The position numbers and the translations under genes were made by a program. From positions 3,262 to 67,261 of the forward strand of contig CAYRJZ010000004.1 in assembly GCA_964424775.1 (NCBI GenBank): a stretch of 64,000 bases of DNA, read 5' to 3'. The notes beneath the pieces are model-generated. The model made no database searches and had not been told where the DNA came from. It was given only the letters and a program-made list of their open reading frames with translations. This document shows, in pieces, positions 47,678 through 56,263 of the stretch. Source of the stretch: an uncultured Gammaproteobacteria bacterium (GTDB taxonomy: Bacteria; Patescibacteriota; Microgenomatia; Levybacterales; UBA12049). How positions within the stretch are numbered: position 1 is the first letter of the stretch; every line of letters begins with the position of its first letter.

Positions 47678-48058
47678 CTCTTTTTAGCACTCTTTTCCCA
47701 CCACTGTGAAAATTTTATTTTAAGTTTGGCTTTTCACACCAATCTTTTTTACTTTCAAGAACAATTATCAGAGACAGGTCCTTACTGCTAAAACCCCTCT
47801 GTTAATGCATTTTTTCTTTCAACTTTCAAAAGGGTGACACTTTATTCCATTTAATGACAGCATCCTCTCATATCTCATCATATTTTTCTTTCCAATCTTA
47901 CGTCACCATTTAAGAGATTGACTGTCACAACTTCTCATCACAGAGCAATTTACTTATAGGTTATTGACACTGATGTTCTAGTTTGTTACTTTAATAGAGG
48001 GTAATAATCACATTGATTAGAATAAGTCTTAAATGACCATCTAAGACCCACTTAACCT

Positions 48059-48274
48059 ATGGCAGAACAAAAAATGTCTATCAATGACCTTCCAGATCTT
48101 CTCACAGTTCGTGAAGTAGCTGAAGTACTTCGTGTTTCACCTCTTACTATCAAACGTTGGGGGAAAAGAGGAAAATTACCTGCAATTCGTATTAACAGTC
48201 GTGGTGATAGACGATATAAAAAAGAAGCCGTCCTCTGGCTTCTGGGTATTCAGGAAAAAGGCGGAACGGTTTAG
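48059..48274 (+). CDS. Excisionase/MerR-type helix-turn-helix DNA-binding protein
   Basis: 71 aa. LLTVREVAEVLRVSPLTIKRWGKRGKLPAIRI matches the HTH_17/Xis-like motif. Confidence 0.6.
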   Translation: MAEQKMSINDLPDLLTVREVAEVLRVSPLTIKRWGKRGKLPAIRINSRGDRRYKKEAVLWLLGIQEKGGTV

Positions 48275-48331
48275 CCTCATCTTTCTTGTTTTATTTCTCG
48301 ATGGCCTCTATAATCAAACACAATTCTCCCT

Positions 48332-49072
48332 ATGGTAGAACACCTTTCCAATTCTCTAGTAGTACAAGAAGAAAAAACAATACCAAATGAAACCCTTCCG
48401 ACCCACCCTGATGCAATAGCAATCCTCAGTGGAGGCATTATGAATCGTCCACGCTTTGGCAGCGATTGGTTTGAGCCTACTAACTTTGCCCACGGACTTG
48501 GTGGAAAAGCCCGCGTCATTGCTGCAACAGAACTTGCCAACCAATTCCCCAAAGCCAAATTACTGACTCTCAGCCATGTCAATCCTGAAGTTCCCTCTCA
48601 GGCAGATATCTACGCTTCAACTCTCACCCGCTTCGGTGTCAAACCTGAACGAATAGTGAAAGACTCACACGCACATAATACGTTTTCAGAGCTCGTTGCC
48701 ATTCATAATCAAGCCGTTGAACAAGGGTGGCAACATATTTATGTTGTGAGCAATTCGTATCACAAAAGGGCACCGTATATGATAGAACATCTCAAAGAAA
48801 TCATCGACCACTATCATGTTCATGATCCTCAACTTATAGGAAGTGTACAAAAAACTCTGACATTTATCGCAGCAGAAGATTTACTCCAAGAACGAAATAA
48901 CCGATATAGAAGATTGATTGATCAATGGAAAGAGTCTCCATCTTACGAACGGCTTCTTCAACTGGAAGCAAAAGGCTTGCAAGATCTTCAAAACGGAGTA
49001 TATCATTTCTCTTCCCGAAGCGAAGCTGTAAGGACAGGTATCCTTATAAAAAATGTTCTCACATCCCTTTAA
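48332..49072 (+). CDS. DUF218 (YdcF/SanA-like) domain protein
   Basis: DAIAILSGG ... motif and size typical of DUF218. Confidence 0.55.
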   Translation: MVEHLSNSLVVQEEKTIPNETLPTHPDAIAILSGGIMNRPRFGSDWFEPTNFAHGLGGKARVIAATELANQFPKAKLLTLSHVNPEVPSQADIYASTLTRFGVKPERIVKDSHAHNTFSELVAIHNQAVEQGWQHIYVVSNSYHKRAPYMIEHLKEIIDHYHVHDPQLIGSVQKTLTFIAAEDLLQERNNRYRRLIDQWKESPSYERLLQLEAKGLQDLQNGVYHFSSRSEAVRTGILIKNVLTSL

Positions 49073-49099
49073 CCGCACTTTTCATCACAAATTATTCTG

Positions 49100-49145
49100 A
49101 TGAAAAGAACGCGGCCCAGTCCTCCTGAACTGGGCCGATTCGTCT
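49100..49145 (-). terminator. Terminator unit 1 of high-GC island (hairpin with GGAGG loop plus U-tract on minus strand)
   Basis: Minus strand reads agagacgaatcggcccagttcaggaggactgggccgcgttctttt. Confidence 0.55.
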
Positions 49146-49171
49146 CTGTTTGGAATTTGATGAGACCAAAC

Positions 49172-49444
49172 TCATCCCATCACACTTCGGACCCGGGTAG
49201 TGTATGCATCTACCCGGCCGATGGCAAGACGTACGACTTTACCGTCATACGACTCAACATCCCTTTTAGAGATGAGATAATATCTATACGGCTCAGGTTG
49301 GACCCAAAAGTCCTTTCTGATAACAAGGTACGAATCTGTTGTGCGGGAAACTATCCCGACTCCCCAGAATCGTGCTCCTTTTGGCAGGACTTTTGTCCCT
49401 TTCGGTATCTGAGTGAGGTCAATTTCACATTCCTGACCGAACAT
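49172..49444 (-). CDS. Small hypothetical protein (high-GC island)
   Basis: 90 aa. AAAGGAGA RBS 5 nt upstream of ATG. High GC. Possible small beta-barrel, uncertain. Confidence 0.45.
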   Translation of the reverse strand: MFGQECEIDLTQIPKGTKVLPKGARFWGVGIVSRTTDSYLVIRKDFWVQPEPYRYYLISKRDVESYDGKVVRLAIGRVDAYTTRVRSVMG

Positions 49445-49627
49445 GAGATTCTCCTTTTCCTAAGCCTCCCCCTACACAATGCAGAGAGAATTCGCTAAGA
49501 GACGATCTCAAGACAATAAAACAGATGTCTAAAACGCCATTGTTTTTTATCCATGAAATTGTCTTGAAGTCCCTCTTAATGAATGAAAATAGTATTCCCT
49601 CTTTCATCATTATGCCTATTACATAAT

Positions 49628-49668
49628 GACAAAAGAACGGCCCCGATCCTCCGATCGGGGCATTCGTC
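49628..49668 (-). terminator. Terminator unit 2 of high-GC island (homologous to unit 1, with compensatory stem changes)
   Basis: Minus strand reads agagacgaatgccccgatcggaggatcggggccgttctttt. Confidence 0.55.
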
Positions 49669-49698
49669 TCTCGCCTTTCGGCCAAACTACTCAGGACG

Positions 49699-50433
49699 TC
49701 AGGCGTCCATCTTTCCCTTCGAACCGAACAGATTCAGCAGGTCGCCGAAATTTGGCAAGCTGCCAATCTTTCGGTCTCTCGCCGACGAAAGCACTCCGAT
49801 GATGATCGGACTCGTCTCGTTGCGGAGCAGGTCGTCGATCTTCTGGTTCAGCTGCCCGCGAACGTCCTGTTCTGCCTTCTTGATGGCAGCAGTATACTCC
49901 GCCGTTGCGAACTCAAAGCCGAAACCTCTCCTCTGGTCCAAGACGCTCCTCCGGATCTCATCCAGAACAGACATGACTGCCACACGGATTGAGGTGTCAC
50001 CGACAACCTCAAGATACTTCACGATCGCCTGCCTTGCAGGAAGCTCATACTGATCGATCTCATGAGGGTACGGCATCGTCATGCGTACGATGACGAAGCC
50101 GAATTCCGGCGCCTTCTTCATCACATACGCTGCAAGCTCCTCCTGCGTCAGCACGAGCTGACTCGAAGGAGTGAGAAGCCGCCGCTCACCCGCAAGTTCC
50201 ACCTCATGCCCGTTTATGAGGACGGACGTGACGTACTGATGGAAAGGAGTGGTATTCCGGAACGTAAATCCCGGCACCATTCCCTTTTGTGGGATCACAA
50301 CGAACGGATGACCAGATCCGCAGGCTGGACAGTTGTTCAGCTCCAGGACTGCATCATCCGCGGTCACGACGAGATCGAAGGTGTTCACGCCTGTGAAAGG
50401 CGTAAGAAGTTGATCCTTTTCGGACTCGGTCAT
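49699..50433 (-). CDS. Hypothetical protein, paralogue A with CPxCGxxHP motif (high-GC island)
   Basis: 244 aa. GGGAGA RBS 8 nt upstream. NNCPACGSGHPFVV motif shared with the neighbouring gene. No family recognised. Confidence 0.5.
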   Translation of the reverse strand: MTESEKDQLLTPFTGVNTFDLVVTADDAVLELNNCPACGSGHPFVVIPQKGMVPGFTFRNTTPFHQYVTSVLINGHEVELAGERRLLTPSSQLVLTQEELAAYVMKKAPEFGFVIVRMTMPYPHEIDQYELPARQAIVKYLEVVGDTSIRVAVMSVLDEIRRSVLDQRRGFGFEFATAEYTAAIKKAEQDVRGQLNQKIDDLLRNETSPIIIGVLSSARDRKIGSLPNFGDLLNLFGSKGKMDA

Positions 50434-50775
50434 TGAATTGTTCTCCCTTTCAAAAATGATCGGTCTACTCCCATTTGCTGCAAATGCAGCAGACTTGCCA
50501 TCCGGGCAAAAGTCATCAGAAATGGAAGGGTCTGGCTAACGCCCTTAAAAAGAGACAACTTCCCTCCTTAAGGCCATTAGCCAGTGTGTAGTTTCGTAAA
50601 GAGACGATTTCAGGACAACATCACATCAATTCAGAACGCAAATGTTCTTTCTCTTCATGAATTATCCTGAAATTCCTCTTTACGATTAATTGTTAAAGTA
50701 CACTCTAGAAATATTTTTTTCGAGAGGCCCGGAGAGATTCCCCGGGCCTCCTGTTTTGTCTTGTACGACTTGTAG

Positions 50776-51453
50776 CTAGTTGCCCAGAATCCTGGCCAGG
50801 AAGGAACGTCGCTCCGACCGATGAGGTGGGAGCTCACCCATGTTGTTCGCGATGGTGGTCATGGTCATCACCATCGTGATCTCGAAATCCTCGCCGAAAG
50901 GAACTTCGGCAAGAGCTTCTTCGTAGGCTTCCTCGCTCATGTAGCCGAGGTTGATCTGAAGTGGTCCCCTTGAGACCAACTCTTCGATCGCCTGGTCGGC
51001 TCCCTCGTCGGGGGACTGATGGCCGAGTGCGCGGTAGAGCTCTGCGAGAGCACTCCCGGCATTCATCTGAATTTCCGCGAACTCCTCGCTCTCGACCGGA
51101 TGAAGGACCACGGTTATGGGTCCAGCAAAAGGCAGCTCCCCGTCGGAGGGGCCAAGGTCTGCCGGAGAGACCTCTACGACCTCACCGGGTTCGACGATCC
51201 GCTCTGGCTCTCCCTCGAGATCTGCAGGGAGATCGTAGTGATACACGCTGATTGTAGCGCGCACACTGAGCGGATTTTGAACGAGGAGCGTGGGAACTTC
51301 ACCTGTCACGTAGACAGGATGATCCCCACACCTCGGACAGACAACTGCAGGAATTTCCTGACGATCAGGACCGAGCACCTGGATCCCATACGTGGGACCT
51401 TCGTATGCTCGACGCTCATCGCCTTCGGTCTGGGACATTTCCTCGTCGGTCAT
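50776..51453 (-). CDS. Hypothetical acidic protein, paralogue B with CPxCGxHP motif (high-GC island)
   Basis: 225 aa from ATG 51453 (GGAGG RBS upstream); the ORF opens at 51528. VVCPRCGDHPVYV motif. Very acidic. Confidence 0.5.
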   Translation of the reverse strand: MTDEEMSQTEGDERRAYEGPTYGIQVLGPDRQEIPAVVCPRCGDHPVYVTGEVPTLLVQNPLSVRATISVYHYDLPADLEGEPERIVEPGEVVEVSPADLGPSDGELPFAGPITVVLHPVESEEFAEIQMNAGSALAELYRALGHQSPDEGADQAIEELVSRGPLQINLGYMSEEAYEEALAEVPFGEDFEITMVMTMTTIANNMGELPPHRSERRSFLARILGN

Positions 51454-51722
51454 TTTCTTCCTCCGAAACGAAAAAACGAGAGAATCACACAGCGTGACTC
51501 TCCACCGATCTTCACCAGCTCTTTCCAAGCATGGCTTATAACCGGCTTTCTAGACACAATTATGTCCAGAAAACCAGCTATAAGCACTTATAATCTAGTC
51601 GTTATTCCTTATTGAGAAAAAATAAATTCGCTTTTGAAGAATTAGCTTTCACTAATAAGGATTTTTAATGAGCAAAACGATTAAAATTATACTCTTCGAG
51701 GCTAGGAAAGTCAACTATAGGA

Positions 51723-52610
51723 CTAAGAATGAGTGTGATACTCTGCTCTGTGATTTTCTTTGATCTTTTTATAATCAGGATCCTGGAAGTGGTCTTTCAG
51801 AAATGCCATCGTCTCTTTCGGTGGCTGAGTATTAACGAATACGCCAGTCCCCACCTCAAACCCTCCTGTTGTTTTCTCCCGCGGAATAAGCCGGATATAC
51901 CAGTCCCCTCCTGGGTAAATATAGAAGTTATATGGGAATTCATCACCATGTCGTGCACTCATTATTTTTATGAGTTTGGAAAAAATACCAGCAAAATCAT
52001 GGATCTCATCATCTGTTATTTCGCCAAAGAGACGTCCATGTCGTTTTGGTGCTATCCACACCTCATCCGGCCATGAAGAGTACTGAGGACAAAAAATTGA
52101 GAAATGGGAAGTCTGCACTCCTTTTTCATCATCATGTGCAACACTTTGAAGTCGTGGGATCTCCAGAAGGACTTTCTCCGGCACAACTGCTATCTGTGTA
52201 TGTGAATGCGGAATACTCTCCCCTGCTTTTGGGCCGTGATTGTGGAAAATATAGACCTGACCTTTGTGGGCATGTTCATTATATCGCTGCCTATAAACCT
52301 GAAAAATTAGCTCAATTTGTTCAAGTGAAAAAGCATCAAATGAGGTATGGTGATCAGGAGTATTGAGAACAAGCTCATGATGAGTGGTAAAGGGAAATTT
52401 GTTCGGAATAACCCGGACTTGCCAATGCATATCTCCTTTCTCTCCTCCTATCCGATAATATTCTTCCTCCCGGCTTTCCCGTCCGGGACAAAAAGGACAT
52501 GCTGGCTCTGTTCCATTGGCTACATCTGGTCTTTTTGCTCGCCTTGGAGCAGATATTACCCATTTTTTCGAAATTGGATTTTGAAGGAAAGAAAAGGACT
52601 TATCACTCAT
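51723..52610 (-). CDS. galT: Galactose-1-phosphate uridylyltransferase family (HIT-like nucleotidyltransferase)
   Basis: SAPRRAKRP, zinc-site ACPFCPG and active-site FHNHGPKAGESIPHSHTQI align with GalT's SPHRAKRP / C-x-x-C / HPHGQ motifs. Confidence 0.7.
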   Translation of the reverse strand: MSDKSFSFLQNPISKKWVISAPRRAKRPDVANGTEPACPFCPGRESREEEYYRIGGEKGDMHWQVRVIPNKFPFTTHHELVLNTPDHHTSFDAFSLEQIELIFQVYRQRYNEHAHKGQVYIFHNHGPKAGESIPHSHTQIAVVPEKVLLEIPRLQSVAHDDEKGVQTSHFSIFCPQYSSWPDEVWIAPKRHGRLFGEITDDEIHDFAGIFSKLIKIMSARHGDEFPYNFYIYPGGDWYIRLIPREKTTGGFEVGTGVFVNTQPPKETMAFLKDHFQDPDYKKIKENHRAEYHTHS

Positions 52611-53326
52611 TCTCTCTCCTCTACAAAATTAGTCATATCAATATTTCCCCACTCTGGTTCTGGAAGCCAAGCATTTCGAAAATGCTTCCACTCATTCCAC
52701 CCTACACCTAAAATTCGTACGTCTCTTCCATTTTTTCGAAGAATAAAAGCTACATCCTGTGTTATCTGTGAATCACGTGAATGAGCATAAAGAACGAAAG
52801 GCTTTTTCTTATCAAATGTTTTAATTTTTTCTTTTAGCTCTTTCTCATCTATCTTCCCATCTCTCATTTGATGGAAAGATGCATACATTGGAAGACTCAT
52901 AGCTTGACGAATATGCCCTTTTTCATATTCATCATCTGATCGAAGATCTACTAATGTATAAGGCAGATCTCCCTTCTTCAAATCCAGTAATAAAACATAC
53001 GGATCATGAACCATTGATGAATTTTGAGCAAAAAGAGAACCTGGAAAGCGTAAAAGTCCAGAAAAAATTGCAGATTGAGGAAGAATACTTCGAGTTGATG
53101 GGAGTGAAATATTAATAACAGATATTTGAAATAGAAGGAAAAGTGTTAGAGCAAGAGACACACACATGGGTATAATAAAGAATTTGAAAAATTCACCTTT
53201 TGTGATCTGCTCACGATTAGTCGTATATCTTTGCAACTTTCTCCTCCACTTTACAAGGAAAAGATGGTACTTTGAGGAATTCTCAAGAGAAGACTTCCTA
53301 TGTTGGGCAGTTTTTCGAGTCATAGA
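52607..53326 (-). CDS. Membrane-anchored rhodanese-like domain protein lacking catalytic Cys
   Basis: TM helix. VDLRSDDEYEKGHIRQAMSLP and VLYAHSRDS...GVGWNEWK rhodanese fold, with Ala/His where the catalytic Cys sits. Start placed at MTRKTAQ to avoid overlap with the upstream permease. Confidence 0.55.
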   Translation of the reverse strand, partial: SMTRKTAQHRKSSLENSSKYHLFLVKWRRKLQRYTTNREQITKGEFFKFFIIPMCVSLALTLFLLFQISVINISLPSTRSILPQSAIFSGLLRFPGSLFAQNSSMVHDPYVLLLDLKKGDLPYTLVDLRSDDEYEKGHIRQAMSLPMYASFHQMRDGKIDEKELKEKIKTFDKKKPFVLYAHSRDSQITQDVAFILRKNGRDVRILGVGWNEWKHFRNAWLPEPEWGNIDMTNFVEERE

Positions 53327-53342
53327 TTTATTGTACAAAATA

Positions 53343-55451
53343 TTATTCGTAGCGCAAAGCGTTGAGTGCTGATATTTTCTTCGCACGTCGCGCAGGATAG
53401 AGTCCAGTGAGGAGTCCAACAAAAAAAGATGATACAAGAATAAATATAATTAAAAAGGGCGGAATATAGGTGAGATTGAGAATTCCTTGCCCTTGTGTCA
53501 AGGCGATAAATGAGACAAGGAGTGAAAGAAATTTACCAATTATGTATCCAAGGATGAGTCCACCTATGCCACCTGTGAGCCCCATGAACATCGCTTCAGC
53601 TAAGAAAAGATCCTGAACTTCATCTGAGACCATTCCCATTGTTTTCATTCCTCCTATCTCTCGAGTTCTCTCCAAAAGTGAAACCGTTAGCGTATTAAAC
53701 ATACCAAGTGAAGCAACTCCAAGTGCTACAAGACCAAGAAGCCCTAGAACTATTCTCAGATTGGCAAAGAGTGACTCAATTTGCGCAACCGTATCAGCAG
53801 TACTTGCGGTTCTGAGTCCCAATGCTTCAACTTGTTTTCGTACCTTTGCTACATTTTCAAGACCAGCAAGAACAATTTTCATCTGTGAATAATTGTCTGC
53901 TCCTAATTTTTGTATATCTGATATAGGGACATAGAAATATGGCTGATCCACATCATCAATTACTCCAATAATTGTATACTCAACTTCTCTAGTCTTTGCT
54001 TTACCTTCAATCTCAGGAAAAAGATTTTTTGAAACAACAAAAGACACTTTGAATTTTGAATTTAGTGCTTTATCTTCTTTCATTCCTAATAAATTTAACA
54101 TTGATTGTGAGACGAGAGCCTGATAACTTGGTGTCCCTTTAAAATCAATTTCTTTTTGAGTTGTTACTTTTGCAGCAGTTGAGGCTTCAAGGTCAATGAG
54201 CTCAATTGATGCTGCAGAACTCGCTTCATCAAACTCAATAAGTTCTGCTGACTCTGAAGAGACAGCTTGGACTTCTTCATTAAGTGATGCACTTTCTGTT
54301 GCTTCGCCCAACACCTGTTGAAATGAAACTATATCCAAAATCTGAATACTACTTTTCTGAAGACATGCCTCTACCCATAAATGTCGTCCAGTGTCATCTA
54401 AGGCTGGTCTGTAAGAGTCTTCTGTGTTTTGGTAATATAAAGCCACTTTTCCTCTCACCCATTTTCCTAGAAAATCTCCGCGTTCAGTATCATACGCTGA
54501 TGCACCATCACCTGTGAATGGAGAATAATCACTTCCCCAGAACTCTTTTCCTGAATAACCTCCTTCTACATGCTGGACAAAACCTAATACTTTCGAATTA
54601 GTTGAACAGTCACTCCACGCTACTTGAGGTTTGTCAGGTGAAATATTAAAAAGTACTGATGTTGGGAGGATCGGATCGTTATATTTCGCAGAAGGCAGAT
54701 CACTTCTCGCTCCTGCAACATCTTTTTTTCCGCCATACCCAATTTGCATCTCATTCTGAGCAAAAAGTTTTCCTTGTTTTAGCTTTATCTTTACTTGCTC
54801 AAGATAACTATTCGGTGCGGCGAATACAACAACATCAGTATTTGCATTGTTAAAGGTGACACGACCTACAATTGAAATAAGTGGGATAACATCTTCTACT
54901 TCTGCAATCTTACGAATCTTCTCTCTTAATGAATTACTCAATCTCAGACTTGTATTTCCACCTGTTGAGACATCAACTATCTTCAATTCATCAAGACTTG
55001 CGACCTGACTAATAATAAGTCGCTCAATTCCATAACCGAGAGAGAGTAAGAGAACAATGATTCCTACTCCCACTGACATTCCTGCAATGGTAATAAGTGA
55101 CCGTGTCTTTTTAGATAACAAATTTCTGTACGCAACTGTAATCAGATACGTTCTTTTAATCTCAGATGTTTTTGTTTTATCAATTTTTGCTAAAAATGTA
55201 GTAAGTGGTTTATCCAGAGTTCTCGTCCAAAGATCAAAAAGTTTAGCTATTGGGATCTTCAAAAAAGGTATGTGGAGTCCCAGAGACAAAACTTTCGCAA
55301 ACATAAAAACAAAAAGAAGAATAAAAAACTTTGAAAATGATAGGAAAGTCGATCCTGCTTTAGGCCAAAACTTCACAAATGCAGGACCCACATTCTTCCA
55401 AAATTGAGGGTCTCTTATCTTATTTAAAATAATACTCAGTATTTTTTTCAT
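53343..55451 (-). CDS. ABC transporter permease, MacB/FtsX-like with large extracytoplasmic domain
   Basis: N-terminal TM, extracytoplasmic domain of over 400 aa, C-terminal FtsX-type 3-TM bundle (GGIGGLILGYIIGKFLS). Starts 4 nt inside the ATPase gene. Confidence 0.8.
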   Translation of the reverse strand: MKKILSIILNKIRDPQFWKNVGPAFVKFWPKAGSTFLSFSKFFILLFVFMFAKVLSLGLHIPFLKIPIAKLFDLWTRTLDKPLTTFLAKIDKTKTSEIKRTYLITVAYRNLLSKKTRSLITIAGMSVGVGIIVLLLSLGYGIERLIISQVASLDELKIVDVSTGGNTSLRLSNSLREKIRKIAEVEDVIPLISIVGRVTFNNANTDVVVFAAPNSYLEQVKIKLKQGKLFAQNEMQIGYGGKKDVAGARSDLPSAKYNDPILPTSVLFNISPDKPQVAWSDCSTNSKVLGFVQHVEGGYSGKEFWGSDYSPFTGDGASAYDTERGDFLGKWVRGKVALYYQNTEDSYRPALDDTGRHLWVEACLQKSSIQILDIVSFQQVLGEATESASLNEEVQAVSSESAELIEFDEASSAASIELIDLEASTAAKVTTQKEIDFKGTPSYQALVSQSMLNLLGMKEDKALNSKFKVSFVVSKNLFPEIEGKAKTREVEYTIIGVIDDVDQPYFYVPISDIQKLGADNYSQMKIVLAGLENVAKVRKQVEALGLRTASTADTVAQIESLFANLRIVLGLLGLVALGVASLGMFNTLTVSLLERTREIGGMKTMGMVSDEVQDLFLAEAMFMGLTGGIGGLILGYIIGKFLSLLVSFIALTQGQGILNLTYIPPFLIIFILVSSFFVGLLTGLYPARRAKKISALNALRYE

Positions 55452-56263
55452 AATTTTAGTTTCTTCAAAAAGTCAGGGTCGCGAACATTTGACTCTCCTG
55501 CTTCATTCCCAGCAATTTCTTTTTTCCCAGTAAAATCCTTAAATTTGTTCTTGTCATTTGGTGTGTACTCCTCAACAACAAGTCCATCAACCATATGAAA
55601 AATCTTAGTTGCATATTTCAGATACTCCAGATCATGAGTAACCATAATAATTGTCTTCCCTTCTTCAACAAGAGAAGTAAAAGTCTGAATGAGTTCTTTA
55701 CCAGAAACAGTATCAAGATTTCCTGTCGGCTCATCAGCAACGATTATAACCGGATCTGTCATCATCGCACGGGCAAGACTAATTTTCTGCTGTTGTCCTG
55801 AAGAAAGCTCTGTTGGAGTATATTCTGCCCATTGAGCGAGTCCAACTTTTTCAAGTGATGCCATAGCTTTTTTATGAATCTCCTCAGTTTCTTTATCCAG
55901 AAGATGGAGAGGAAAGGTAATATTGTCAAAAACATTAAAAGACCCTACCCACAATGCCTGCTGATAAATCATACCGACTTTATGTCGTCTAAATAGTGCA
56001 CGCTCATCATCAGTCATTCCATAGAAATCCTGTCCCTCAACCATGACTTTTCCTGATGTTGGCGGCTCAAGGCCTAACAGTGTGTGCAACATCGTTGATT
56101 TACCACATCCTGAAGGACCAAAAATAATCACAAATTCACCCGTTTTAATAGTAATGTTAATCCCTTTCAATACTTCAACAGGTCCAGTCCCAACCGTAAA
56201 GGACTTTCTTAAATCTTTTGTCTCAATGAGTACTCTTTTTTCAGTTGTCATATTAATTTGCAA
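55448..56263 (-). CDS. ABC transporter ATP-binding protein (MacB/LolD-type)
   Basis: Walker A GPSGCGKST, signature LSGGQQQKISLARAM, Walker B IIVADEPTGNLD. Confidence 0.9.
   Translation of the reverse strand: MQINMTTEKRVLIETKDLRKSFTVGTGPVEVLKGINITIKTGEFVIIFGPSGCGKSTMLHTLLGLEPPTSGKVMVEGQDFYGMTDDERALFRRHKVGMIYQQALWVGSFNVFDNITFPLHLLDKETEEIHKKAMASLEKVGLAQWAEYTPTELSSGQQQKISLARAMMTDPVIIVADEPTGNLDTVSGKELIQTFTSLVEEGKTIIMVTHDLEYLKYATKIFHMVDGLVVEEYTPNDKNKFKDFTGKKEIAGNEAGESNVRDPDFLKKLKL

Noticed and set aside
49080-51560. Looked for an integrase, transposase or direct repeats that would define the high-GC island as a mobile element
   Set aside because: None was recognisable in the window. Mobility therefore remains unproven, and the island is reported only as a compositional anomaly.
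49583-51615. Plus-strand ORFs (156, 124, 96 and 198 aa) inside the high-GC island
   Set aside because: They are antisense to minus-strand genes that have RBSs, terminators and a paralogue relationship. High GC suppresses stop codons and produces long spurious antisense frames. Their translations are Arg/Pro/Ser-rich low-complexity sequence.
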